Assembly (NCBI GenBank): GCA_029821875.1
Contig: JALGXW010000010.1
Span: forward strand, 3,859 to 67,858
DNA length: 64,000 nt
DNA from: Candidatus Hebobacterum abditum
Lineage (GTDB): Bacteria > Armatimonadota > Hebobacteria > Hebobacterales > Hebobacteraceae
Direction: 5' to 3'
Shown piece by piece: positions 8,854 to 18,278 of the stretch. Both the position numbers and the translations under genes were made by a program. Under the pieces are notes generated by a model that was given only the letters and a program-made list of their open reading frames with translations, was not told the origin of the DNA and did not search any database. Every line of letters starts with the position of its first letter. The first letter of the stretch is position 1.

Positions 8854-10530
8854 ATGGGTGAACGAAGCGCTCTGTGGCGGCTTGCTGCAGCAATCGGGAT
8901 GGCCCTTCTGTTCGTGGGGGCAGGCGCCGGCTTCTTGCTGGCGGCCGAGCGAACCGGCCTGCCTGAGCCGAGAGACGTGTTGGAGGAGACCGGCCAGGTC
9001 GAAGCGGTCGAGGGCGAGCGAACGGCACCCGCCTTCGGTCTCGGAACGGAGGCGCCTTCCGTTGCCGGCGCAGTAGAGATCGTGGCGCCCGAGTCCGGCG
9101 CCAAGCTTCGCGGCATCGCCCTCGTGAGAGCCGAGTGGCCGAACCCAATGGGTTACGTCGTCTTCCGCATCGACGATCGCTTCGCCTATGCCACAACACC
9201 TCCGTTCGAGATGCGGTGGGACACGAGCAGCGCGCTCGACGGGGCCCACCTGATCGCAGTTGACGCCTACGACGCTGCCGGCCGCTACGCCGGCAGCGCG
9301 TCGATCAGTGTGGCGATCGAGAACGCGATCCCGACGCCGCCCGAAGGCGTATACCTTGCCGTCAAGTTCGATGAGCACGACATGCTGACCAGGCAGGTCA
9401 GTGCTCGCGGCGAGCTGTCGGCCCTGCAGGCCGATGAGGCGCTCCCGGCAGGATTCGATGTGCTCAAGGGGGAGCTACGGGCCAACGTGAGCATGTCCGT
9501 GATGGATGCCTTCTACCAAGGGACCTCGGCCCTCGTGCGTGGCCGCCTCAGAACGGCCTCCATCGCGATTGGGGGTACGAGCCAGAATCTCCCGGATGTG
9601 GGCCGATACGCCATGCTTCAGGTGTCTCGGAACGGGCTGGCGGTCCCGGAAGCGTCCACCCCCGGGAAGCCTCGCCTCGGCTTCGCGGAGATCTCTGCGG
9701 CCATGCGCGACTTCCCCGTCTTGCCCGGGGACACGTGGGAATCTCCCATAGGCGTCGTGTGCGATCTTTACTCCCGGCGCGCCGTCTACGTGCAGGGCCG
9801 ACACGTGTTCGAGGGGCTGCGCTGGTACCGCGGCCAGGAATGCGCCGTGATATCCTCGAGCTACTTCATTCCTGAGCTACCGCTCTTCAGACAGGGAGCC
9901 CAGCGTATGGCCTCAGCACGAGAGGCCGCCGAGAGCCCCTGGCGAGTCGAGCTCACCCAGGGCAGAGGGATGAGGGGCGGTATGCGCGGTGGCGGTATGC
10001 GCGGTGGCGGTATGCGTGGGGGCGGTATGCGTGGGGGCGGCATGCGTGGGGGCGGCATGCGTGGAGGCATGAGAGGCGGGCGAGCAGGCGCGGCTGGCGC
10101 TGCCCGGCGGCCCGGCACGGCCTCGCAGCTGCTGACCGCCAGGCTCGTAGACCTGGAGGGCACTCGCCGCACCTACCTCACGCGGCGTTCAGGTCGCGTC
10201 CTGCGCACCGAGGACACGATCCTGGGCGAGGTCGAGTTCCGAGCGGCCTCTCAGCGGGCCGCGCTGCAGTCGCCAGGCCCCGCTGCATCCCTGAGCATCG
10301 AACTGACCCAGGGTCGTGGCATGCGCGGCGGTATGCGCGGTGGCGGTATGCGCGGCGGCGGTATGCGCGGCGGCGGTATGCGAGGGGGCGGCATGCGAGG
10401 TGGTGGTATGCGAGGCGGCATGCGCGGGGGGCGAGCTGGCACTACCCTCGGGCAGCGGCCAGCAGCCGGCAACATACCTCCGCGCCTCGACTACGGCTTC
10501 CGACTGACCAGCGACCTGGTTCTCGATTAG
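8854..10530 (+). CDS. Exported/membrane-anchored protein with bacterial Ig-like domain and two MRGGG low-complexity blocks
   Basis: SD-like GGAG before ATG 8854; N-terminal hydrophobic segment; WDT...DGAHLIAVDAYDAAG Ig-like signature; Gly/Met/Arg repeats. Confidence 0.85.
   Translation: MGERSALWRLAAAIGMALLFVGAGAGFLLAAERTGLPEPRDVLEETGQVEAVEGERTAPAFGLGTEAPSVAGAVEIVAPESGAKLRGIALVRAEWPNPMGYVVFRIDDRFAYATTPPFEMRWDTSSALDGAHLIAVDAYDAAGRYAGSASISVAIENAIPTPPEGVYLAVKFDEHDMLTRQVSARGELSALQADEALPAGFDVLKGELRANVSMSVMDAFYQGTSALVRGRLRTASIAIGGTSQNLPDVGRYAMLQVSRNGLAVPEASTPGKPRLGFAEISAAMRDFPVLPGDTWESPIGVVCDLYSRRAVYVQGRHVFEGLRWYRGQECAVISSSYFIPELPLFRQGAQRMASAREAAESPWRVELTQGRGMRGGMRGGGMRGGGMRGGGMRGGGMRGGGMRGGMRGGRAGAAGAARRPGTASQLLTARLVDLEGTRRTYLTRRSGRVLRTEDTILGEVEFRAASQRAALQSPGPAASLSIELTQGRGMRGGMRGGGMRGGGMRGGGMRGGGMRGGGMRGGMRGGRAGTTLGQRPAAGNIPPRLDYGFRLTSDLVLD
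9961..10089 (+). repeat. In-frame tandem 15-nt repeat (MRGGG)n, block 1
   Basis: ATGCGNGGNGGCGGN units, 43 codons. Confidence 0.95.
10312..10440 (+). repeat. In-frame tandem 15-nt repeat (MRGGG)n, block 2
   Basis: Same 43-aa sequence as block 1 with different synonymous codons. Confidence 0.95.
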
Positions 10531-10619
10531 CGCCTCGCCCTTTGCGCCCCGGCGGCGCGGCCTCCCGCCTTCAGAGCGGGACCATTGGCCTGGGCCCCCG
10601 GCCGAGCCCTTTCTCTACG

Positions 10620-11354
10620 CTATCGCGACCAGTATAGCGGCCGCGGTCCGCGCCTGGGCTGGAACCGGCGCACGAGCAGCCAGCCCGCGATGAAGCCACC
10701 GATGTGTGCGAAGAAGGCGATGCCGCCCTGCCCGCCCAGACTGCCTCTCACCTGGATGAGGAACCACAGCAGCAATACCAGTCCGGCCGGGAGCATCACA
10801 ACCGTCACGAAGACGAACAGGAAGATGAGACACCGAACGCGGGCACGCGGGAACTTCTTGGCGTACGCACCCAGCACGCCCGCTATCGCCCCGCTTGCGC
10901 CGATCATGGGAGCGGCCGAATCGAGGCTCATCAGGATATGGGCCAGCGCGGCCAGCAGGCCGCAGAAGACGTAGAATCCAAGAAAGCGGAAGTGGCCCAG
11001 CGCATCTTCGATGTTGTTCCCGAACACCCACAGGTAGAGCATGTTGAAGCCGATGTGCCAGAAATCCCCGTGGAGGAACATCGACGTGAAGAGGCTCAGC
11101 CAGACCGGCTGGAGGGGACGAATCGGCAGGTCGGATGCTAGAACGGCGTCCTGGCCAGCCATGGCGAGCACCTGCGCGAAGCTGGCCTTCTGCAGCAGGA
11201 CGACGGGGATCGCGCCGTGTGTGTACAGGAATAGAACCTCAGCTTCGTGGGGGAGCATCACCTTGTAGAGGAAGATGGCCACGTTAGCGGCGATAAGGCT
11301 CACCACCACGATGGGGAACGTCCGGACAGGATTCTCGTCGCGAAATGGAATCAT
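10620..11354 (-). CDS. Rhomboid family intramembrane serine protease
   Basis: MIPFRDENP, SMFLHG..HI..NMLYLWVFGNNIED, GASG, AHIGGF. Confidence 0.95.
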   Translation of the reverse strand: MIPFRDENPVRTFPIVVVSLIAANVAIFLYKVMLPHEAEVLFLYTHGAIPVVLLQKASFAQVLAMAGQDAVLASDLPIRPLQPVWLSLFTSMFLHGDFWHIGFNMLYLWVFGNNIEDALGHFRFLGFYVFCGLLAALAHILMSLDSAAPMIGASGAIAGVLGAYAKKFPRARVRCLIFLFVFVTVVMLPAGLVLLLWFLIQVRGSLGGQGGIAFFAHIGGFIAGWLLVRRFQPRRGPRPLYWSR

Positions 11355-11442
11355 ATACTGCTGCCGCTCTCCGGTCCGACGGGGATTCTAGCACTGCGTG
11401 CTTGCGCGGGTCAAACAGCTTCGTATGCGCGAACACAGACGA

Positions 11443-11472
11443 TTGACAGTGCTCGGAGCATGCTGGTACAGT
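11443..11472 (+). promoter_or_regulatory. Sigma70-type promoter for tRNA-Lys
   Basis: TTGACA-N18-TACAGT with TGn extension, just upstream of tRNA. Confidence 0.7.
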
Positions 11473-11478
11473 GGACGC

Positions 11479-11551
11479 GAGCCGTTAGCTCAGTTGGCAG
11501 AGCACCGGACTTTTAATCCGGGTGTCCTGGGTTCGAATCCCAGACGGCTCA
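11479..11551 (+). tRNA. tRNA-Lys (UUU), CCA not encoded
   Basis: Acceptor GAGCCGT/ACGGCTC, D-arm GCTCAGTTGGCAGAGC, anticodon arm CCGGA-CTTTTAA-TCCGG, T-arm CTGGGTTCGAATCCCAG. Confidence 0.97.
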
Positions 11552-11677
11552 CTTGATTTTGCGCCCATGGCGGCCGGAGCGTCGTACCGAGGGGCGCGGC
11601 GGGAGCAGATCTGCGACGCAGTCGGGCTCGGCAGGAGGGACTGACAGCAGACGCTGCTCGAGCCTGCGCCACGTGCT

Positions 11678-13696
11678 ATGTCAGAGAACGCGACGCGAAC
11701 ACGCGTCATCAAACCACACCGAGTCGTGGAGAGGGCCCCGGCAGGCGCAGTCGCCCGACTCCGGCGCGCCTTGGGCACCGCTGGTGTCTACGCCATCGGC
11801 TACGGGAACGTCGGCTCCTCCATCTACTATGCCCTGGGTATCGTGGCCGCCTATGCCCTCGGCGCAACGCCAATCGTCCTTGCTCTGGCCGGCATCATCT
11901 TCGTTTTCACGGCCATGACCTATGCCGAAGGCGTCTCCATGGTCCCCACGGCGGGCGGATCCGTGGCATTCGCGAGGCGGGCCTTCAACGACCTCTTCAG
12001 CTTCGTCGCCGGGTGGGCTCTCACCCTCAACTACATCGTCACAACCGCCATCTCAGCCGTAACCGCGACCTTCTACCTCTCTTACTTTTGGCCGCCCTTC
12101 AAGGAGCAGCCGGCACTCGCGGCCATTGGCGGAATCGTGCTGACCGGCCTGCTGATGCTCCTGAATCTCCGCGGGGTCCGCGAGACGGCTCGCCTCAACA
12201 TCGGCTTCGCTGTGATTGACCTCGCGACGCAGGCGCTGCTCGTGCTGCTGGGCATCAGCCTGGTGTTGGGCGGCTGGCGCAACCTCTTCGCCTATCGCAC
12301 CTTAGGCCCTGCCTACTGGCCTGAGCCCCGGCAGCTTGTATTTGCGGTTGCCATTGCCATGGTCGCCTACGTCGGCCTGGAGTCGGCGGCGCAGATGGCG
12401 GAGGAAACGAAGACGCCGACCCGGACCCTCCCCCGCGCGCTCTTCTGGTCCGTGCTCACTGTGCTGTTCATGTTCGCCGCCCTGCCTATCGTGGCGCTCT
12501 GCGCCATGCCGCCGATGGAACTCGTGAGCGAATGGGGCAATGACCCCGTGGCCGGCATAGCCTCGCACCTGCCGGACTGGAACATATCCCTCTCCTTCTT
12601 CCAGGGACAGATTCTCCTCTCGAAGCTCATGATGCCCTGGGTGGCGATCTTGGCCTGCACGATCCTGCTGATCGCAGCGAATGCCGGTATCCTGGCCGGT
12701 TCGCGAATCACCTACAACATGGCCCATCACCGCCAGCTTTCCAGCGTCTTCGGTCATGTCCATCCGCGCTTCAACACCCCCTCGTTCGCAATCATCGTCA
12801 TCTCCGGCGCGGCCGTTGCGATCATCCTAGCCGGGATGCACGCGAAGGACCTCCTCCTCAGGCTGGGCGATCTCTACGTCTTCAGCTCGATGATGGCGTT
12901 CTCGATGGCCCACCTCTCCGTGTGGCTGCTGCGCATTAAGGAGCCCGAAGCCGACAGGCCATTCAAGGCCTGGCCGACTATCCGCATTGCGGGCAGACCC
13001 ATTTCGGTCACGGCCACCCTCGGATTCATGGCATGCGCGGCCATTTGGCTGTGGCTGGCAGTCGGCAAAGAGCACTCCTTCGGACGGAACATAGGACTGG
13101 GCTGGATCGCGGCCGGATTCCTGTTCTACGTCTGGTTCCGTCGGCGACAGGGCCTGCATCTGCTGCGGACGGCGGTGACAGAGGAGCTTCATCCCTTGGT
13201 CACCTTGTTCCCGACACCACGGCGACGTGAGATGTCCCAGCGGATCCGGCATATCCTGATACCGGTTCATTCGATGGACTACGCAGAGCAGCTGTCCCGT
13301 ATCGCCTGCGACTTGAGCAACCTATACACAGCCGACATCACCGCCGTTTACGCGATCGAGGTGCCCCGCTCGCTCGCCCTCGACGCCGACCTGGGAGTGC
13401 AGATGCAGGAGGCGCGGGACATCCTCGACACGGCGAGCCATATAGCCGAAACCGTCTATGACATGGACATTGAGACGGTGGTGCTGCAGGCGCGCAGCGC
13501 CGGTGTGGCCGTCGTCGAGTACGCCGCCGAGCGGGGGACGGACCTGATCCTGCTCGGGGCTCACCCCGACCACCCGCGCACCCGCGATGCCATCGTCTTC
13601 GGCGCAACCGCGGATTACGTCGCGCGAAACGCACCGTGCGCTGTCTGGACGGTGCGCGCTGAGGCGGGAACGGCCCCCGACCAAGAAGAAGGCTAA
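11678..13696 (+). CDS. APC-family amino acid permease fused to C-terminal universal stress protein domain
   Basis: GNVGSSIYYALG, YAEG, AYVGLESAAQMAEE; C-terminal ILIPV...LILLG...FGATADYVARNAPCAV. Confidence 0.9.
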   Translation: MSENATRTRVIKPHRVVERAPAGAVARLRRALGTAGVYAIGYGNVGSSIYYALGIVAAYALGATPIVLALAGIIFVFTAMTYAEGVSMVPTAGGSVAFARRAFNDLFSFVAGWALTLNYIVTTAISAVTATFYLSYFWPPFKEQPALAAIGGIVLTGLLMLLNLRGVRETARLNIGFAVIDLATQALLVLLGISLVLGGWRNLFAYRTLGPAYWPEPRQLVFAVAIAMVAYVGLESAAQMAEETKTPTRTLPRALFWSVLTVLFMFAALPIVALCAMPPMELVSEWGNDPVAGIASHLPDWNISLSFFQGQILLSKLMMPWVAILACTILLIAANAGILAGSRITYNMAHHRQLSSVFGHVHPRFNTPSFAIIVISGAAVAIILAGMHAKDLLLRLGDLYVFSSMMAFSMAHLSVWLLRIKEPEADRPFKAWPTIRIAGRPISVTATLGFMACAAIWLWLAVGKEHSFGRNIGLGWIAAGFLFYVWFRRRQGLHLLRTAVTEELHPLVTLFPTPRRREMSQRIRHILIPVHSMDYAEQLSRIACDLSNLYTADITAVYAIEVPRSLALDADLGVQMQEARDILDTASHIAETVYDMDIETVVLQARSAGVAVVEYAAERGTDLILLGAHPDHPRTRDAIVFGATADYVARNAPCAVWTVRAEAGTAPDQEEG

Positions 13697-13909
13697 CTCC
13701 GGGCGCGTTAGCCTTGATGGGCGAAGGTGTGCCTCTGCCTCGCAGACGAAGCGACCCCTCGCCGTCCAAGTATGGTCCCTTCTCTGCCGGCGAGCCGCAT
13801 CTCCCCGCAGCTCCCGAACAGGCGGCCCTCATCGGGTCCGTCTCCCGCCTGGGCTTTTCCCTGCGGGCCATAACCTGTAAAATGTCCGCCCAGGAGTCGT
13901 CGCTCTGTT

Positions 13910-15184
13910 ATGAGATTCGTCTGCCGCCAGTCAGCGCTCACGGGCGAGGTCCGCATCCCCGGATCGAAGTCTCACACGATCCGGGCAGTCGCCATCGCGT
14001 CCCTGGCAGCGGGCGAGAGCACCATCCGGGCGCCGCTCGACTCGAACGACACGCGTGCGGCCATCGAGGCCTACCGCGCTCTCGGCGCCGACATCGAGGT
14101 GCGAAGTGATGCCTGGGTCGTCAAGGGCACTGGCGGCGACCTGAAGGCCCCCGAGGACGTCATCGATGTCCGCAACTCGGGCGTGACGCTGAGGACGAGC
14201 ATGGGGTCCTGCGCCCTGTTGCGCGAAGGCGCGGCCATCTTAACGGGCGACGAGCAGATCCGCCGCCGGCCCGCTGGGCCCCTGGCCGCCTCCCTCAATG
14301 ATCTGGGTGCGAGCGTTCGGTCGACTCGTGGCACAGGCACGGCCCCCTTCGTAGTGGAGGGGAGGCTCCGTGGCGGAGAGACCTCCGTCGAGGCCGTGAC
14401 GAGCCAGTACCTGAGCGCCTTGCTGGTGAACTGCCCTCTGGGCGACGGCGACACGACCATCCGCGTCCCTCTGCTCAACGAGGCCCCCTATGTGGAGATG
14501 ACGCTTGAATGGCTGCGGCAGCACGGCATCGAGTTCGAGCAAGACGGTCTGAGCGAGTTTCGGATCCCGGGTGCACAGCAGTATGGACCGGTCAACCGCG
14601 CCATCCCTGCCGACTTCTCATCCGCCACCTTCTTCCTGGGAGCAGGCGCGCTCGGCGAGAACGACGTCGTTCTGCGCGGTCTCGATATGGACGACACTCA
14701 GGGCGACAGGGCCGTCGTTAGGTTCGTGCGGCAGATGGGCGCGCGAGTGAGCGTGGCTGAAGACGCCATCCGCGTCCAGCCGGGCGAGCTTGTCGGTTGC
14801 GAGCTAGACCTGAATGCTACGCCGGACGCGTTGCCCATGCTGTCGGTCCTGGGGTGCCTTGCCGAAGGCACGACACGACTCGTGAATGTGCCCCAGGCGC
14901 GCGTCAAAGAAAGCGACCGTATCAGCGTTATGGCGGCCGAACTATCGAAGCTTGGCGGACAGGTCGAGGAGTTGGAGGACGGCATCGTAGTCCACGGGAG
15001 CCGACTGAGGGGCACAGAGGTGGATGGCCACGGCGACCATCGAGTTGTGATGGCCCTGGCTGTCGCCGGCTGCGCGATTCCGGGAACAACGACGATCCGC
15101 GAGGCAGAGGCGGCCGCCGTCACCTATCCTGAGTTTGCAGATCACATGGCATCGCTCGGGGCTGATCTGGCGTCAGAGGAATAA
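13910..15184 (+). CDS. aroA: 3-phosphoshikimate 1-carboxyvinyltransferase
   Basis: IPGSKSHTIR, NSG.TLR, SQYLSALL, RVKESDRI, DHRVVMA. Confidence 0.96.
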   Translation: MRFVCRQSALTGEVRIPGSKSHTIRAVAIASLAAGESTIRAPLDSNDTRAAIEAYRALGADIEVRSDAWVVKGTGGDLKAPEDVIDVRNSGVTLRTSMGSCALLREGAAILTGDEQIRRRPAGPLAASLNDLGASVRSTRGTGTAPFVVEGRLRGGETSVEAVTSQYLSALLVNCPLGDGDTTIRVPLLNEAPYVEMTLEWLRQHGIEFEQDGLSEFRIPGAQQYGPVNRAIPADFSSATFFLGAGALGENDVVLRGLDMDDTQGDRAVVRFVRQMGARVSVAEDAIRVQPGELVGCELDLNATPDALPMLSVLGCLAEGTTRLVNVPQARVKESDRISVMAAELSKLGGQVEELEDGIVVHGSRLRGTEVDGHGDHRVVMALAVAGCAIPGTTTIREAEAAAVTYPEFADHMASLGADLASEE

Positions 15185-15203
15185 GGCCGGCTGGAGGTAG
15201 TGC

Positions 15204-16532
15204 ATGTTAGGCTGTACCTTGGGGACGTTGTTTCGCTTGACGGTTGCCGGTGGCTCATACCAGGAAGGACTGACCTCCCATATGCAGGGCGTTCCACCGG
15301 GGCTTCTCATGACGGAGGAGGAGATCTACCGCGACCTGCTGGTACGGAAACCCGGCCAGGGTGAGCTTTCGTCTCCCCGGCGGGAGCCCGACATACCGAT
15401 CATCTACAGCGGGGTCAATGCAGCAGACACGATGCCGGGCTTCGAGAACGAAGGCTGCACGAATGGCACGCCTCTCGTCATCCTCATCCCCAACCTCGAC
15501 CGCCACTTCGAGCACATCGAACAGTATCAACTGACGAACCGGACGCCTCGCCCGGGCCACGCCTCGTACGCCTCCTACCAGAAGTACGGCGAGTGGGACG
15601 ACGCCATCGGGGCCGGCTTCTTCAGTGGCCGGTATACCTCGACCATTGTTGCGGCGGGAGCGGTGGCCAAGCGCATCCTTCGGGAACACGGCATTGAGGT
15701 TACTGCCTACGTGAAAGAGGCGGCCGGGATCCGCATGCCCGAGCTGCCGCTGGAGGAGATTCGGGAGAAAGTGGCGGCCTACAAGGAGGTCAGAAGGAAG
15801 CACGATCCAGTCTACGAGGCCATCTTCGCCTCGGAACGAATCAAGCCGGGAATGCGATTCCTCGAGAAGATGGCCGTGCTGGCCGACTTCGAGAAGCAGA
15901 TTCCCGATCTCAAGTGGCCGCCCGTAGACGAGGAGGCCGTCCGCGAAGAGCACGGCATTCATCCCAAGCTCAACTGTCCTCACCTGCCGACGGCGGAGGA
16001 GATGTATCGACGCATCATGGCGATCACAGAGGGCGGCGACTCCAGCGGCGGTGTGGTCGAGGCCGTGGCGACCGGCCTGCCGGCAGGCCTTGGCGAGCCC
16101 GTCTTCCAGAAGCTCGACGGTGACCTGGGCCGCATGATGAGCATCGGGACTGTGAAGGCCGTGGAGATAGGTGGCGGGATCGCGGCCAAGGACAGCACCG
16201 GGTCGCAGTTCAACGATCAGATGCGGATGAAGGACGGCAAGGTCGCCTTCACCTCGAACAACGCCGGCGGCATCACAGGCGGCCTTACGACCGGACAGGA
16301 CATCCTTGTGCGGCTGACGGTCAAGCCGACTCCCACCATAGCGAAGCCCCAACAGACAATCGACAAGGCATCACTTGAGGATAGGGACCTGGCAGCTGTC
16401 ACCCGCCGCGACCCGACAATAGTGCCACGCGTGTGGCCTGTAGCAGAGGCCTTCACGGCACTGGTGCTGCTCGACCATTACATGATGCATCTGGCCTATC
16501 AGTCCCTGGCGCGGAAGTCTGATACAGGGTGA
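15204..16532 (+). CDS. aroC: Chorismate synthase, divergent with insertions
   Basis: SPRRE.D, PRPGHA, GDSSGGVVE, GLGEPVF.KLD, SNNAGGITGGLTTG, KPTPTI; follows aroA. Confidence 0.88.
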   Translation: MLGCTLGTLFRLTVAGGSYQEGLTSHMQGVPPGLLMTEEEIYRDLLVRKPGQGELSSPRREPDIPIIYSGVNAADTMPGFENEGCTNGTPLVILIPNLDRHFEHIEQYQLTNRTPRPGHASYASYQKYGEWDDAIGAGFFSGRYTSTIVAAGAVAKRILREHGIEVTAYVKEAAGIRMPELPLEEIREKVAAYKEVRRKHDPVYEAIFASERIKPGMRFLEKMAVLADFEKQIPDLKWPPVDEEAVREEHGIHPKLNCPHLPTAEEMYRRIMAITEGGDSSGGVVEAVATGLPAGLGEPVFQKLDGDLGRMMSIGTVKAVEIGGGIAAKDSTGSQFNDQMRMKDGKVAFTSNNAGGITGGLTTGQDILVRLTVKPTPTIAKPQQTIDKASLEDRDLAAVTRRDPTIVPRVWPVAEAFTALVLLDHYMMHLAYQSLARKSDTG

Positions 16533-16543
16533 CGAAGTAGGCG

Positions 16544-18250
16544 ATGAACTCCCTCTCGCTGGCCGCCGTCAGCTGTGGCGCGCTCTACCTTGGCTATCTC
16601 CTCTACAGCCGAGTCATCGCACGGCTGTGGGGTTTCCAGCCGGACCGGCCGACGCCCGCGACGGAGTCGCCGGACGGCGTCGACTACATCCCCGCGCGCC
16701 ACTGGACGATGCTCTTCGGCCATCACTTCGCCAGTATCGCGGGTGTGGCGCCGGTTGTCGGGCCCGTTCTGGCGTGCGCCATCTGGGGCTGGCTCCCGGC
16801 CCTCATCTGGGTCGTCGTCGGCTCCATCTTCCTCGGGGCCGTGCATGACTTCTCAAGCCTCATGGCCTCTCTGCGAGCACAGGGGAGGTCCATTGCCGAA
16901 CTCGCTGAATCGCATCTTGGCCATCGGGTCCGGGTGATATTCGGGGCCTTCCTCTGGCTCACGCTGGTATTGGTGGTGGCGGTCTTCGCGCGCTTCGGCG
17001 CCATGACTCTGACCCAAGAGCCGCGAGTCGTCATCCCCACGTTCGCTGTCATCCCCATCGCCCTGATCGTCGGCGTGATGATGTACCGCTGGCGCTGGCC
17101 CCAGGTGCCTGCCACAGTGTTGGGGATTGCCATGCTGGCGGGGATGCTGGTCGTCGGCTACTACTATCCGATACGGGAGCCGTGGGGAGAGCACACGCTG
17201 GTGGGCTGGACCATCATACTGCTGGCATACGCGTACATCGCCTCTATCACGCCGGTGAACCTCCTTCTGCAGCCGCGCGATTATCTATCCACCTTCGTCC
17301 TCTACATCGGTCTCATCGCCGGATACGTGGGACTGGTGCTCACCCGGCCCGAGATCAGCGCCCCCGCGGTGCTCTCGTTCGACAGCCTCAAGGGGCCGAT
17401 GTGGCCGATGCTGTTCGTCATCGTCGCCTGCGGCGCGATATCCGGCTTCCATAGCCTGGTGGCAAGTGGCACCACCGCCAAGCAGCTCGCCCGGGAGGCC
17501 AACGCCCCGCGGATCGCCTATGGAGCAATGATCGTGGAGGCGGCGCTGGCCGTGCTGGCGATAGTCGCGGTCACCGCAGGACTTGCCTGGCGCTCCGGCC
17601 AGACTCCCCTGGCATCCGTCATCGAGCAGGGCGGCCCCTCGCCGCTCGTCGTCTTTGCCAACGGCTTCGCGACTCTCACCGAGCCGCTGTTCCGGAATCC
17701 CGTGCTGGGAGCGCTGGTGGCGATGACCGTACTGAAGACGTTCGTCATGACAACGCTCGACTCGGCAACACGGATCACACGCTACATAGGCGAGGAGCTC
17801 TTCGCCGAGGGGCTCGGCATCCGGCTCTTCAAGAATCGCTTCCTGTCCACCGCCCTTATCGTTGGTGCTGCCTTCTACCTGTCCATCGGCTCCTGGCAGA
17901 GCGTCTGGCCTGTCTTCGGGAGCGCGAACCAACTCATAGCAGCGCTGGCGCTCCTCGTGCTAACCGTCGTGCTGTGGCGTCGCGGGAGCCCGGTGAGCTA
18001 CACGCTGCTGCCGTTCCTCTTCATGATGGCGACGACCGTGGGTGCGCTCCTCTATCAGGGCCGGGGCTTCCTCGCCAACCGCCAAGTCGGACTTGCCGCC
18101 ATCAGCCTTGCGCTGATCGTGCTTGCCCTTCTGATGCTTGTGGACAGCGTTCGCGTCGTTCTGCGGGGGCGCGCGAGTTCGCCAGGGAGCGGGGAGCCGG
18201 AAGCTTCGGAGGAGGGAGTGCGGAACAGGGCCGCCGGTGGCGGCGGATAG
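16544..18250 (+). CDS. cstA: Carbon starvation protein A family transporter
   Basis: DGVDYIP, LFGHHFASIAG, LLQPRDYL, ACGAISGFHSLVASGTT, WPVFGSANQL. Confidence 0.95.
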   Translation: MNSLSLAAVSCGALYLGYLLYSRVIARLWGFQPDRPTPATESPDGVDYIPARHWTMLFGHHFASIAGVAPVVGPVLACAIWGWLPALIWVVVGSIFLGAVHDFSSLMASLRAQGRSIAELAESHLGHRVRVIFGAFLWLTLVLVVAVFARFGAMTLTQEPRVVIPTFAVIPIALIVGVMMYRWRWPQVPATVLGIAMLAGMLVVGYYYPIREPWGEHTLVGWTIILLAYAYIASITPVNLLLQPRDYLSTFVLYIGLIAGYVGLVLTRPEISAPAVLSFDSLKGPMWPMLFVIVACGAISGFHSLVASGTTAKQLAREANAPRIAYGAMIVEAALAVLAIVAVTAGLAWRSGQTPLASVIEQGGPSPLVVFANGFATLTEPLFRNPVLGALVAMTVLKTFVMTTLDSATRITRYIGEELFAEGLGIRLFKNRFLSTALIVGAAFYLSIGSWQSVWPVFGSANQLIAALALLVLTVVLWRRGSPVSYTLLPFLFMMATTVGALLYQGRGFLANRQVGLAAISLALIVLALLMLVDSVRVVLRGRASSPGSGEPEASEEGVRNRAAGGGG

Positions 18251-18278
18251 GCCGGCCCCTGGCTCGGGACAGGCCGGC

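Noticed and set aside
9961..10440. Tandem repeats as a CRISPR array
   Set aside because: No spacers, in-frame coding repeats with third-position variation, no cas genes
11479..11680. tRNA-Lys as integration site of a genomic island
   Set aside because: No integrase, no duplicated tRNA 3' end noticed, downstream genes are housekeeping
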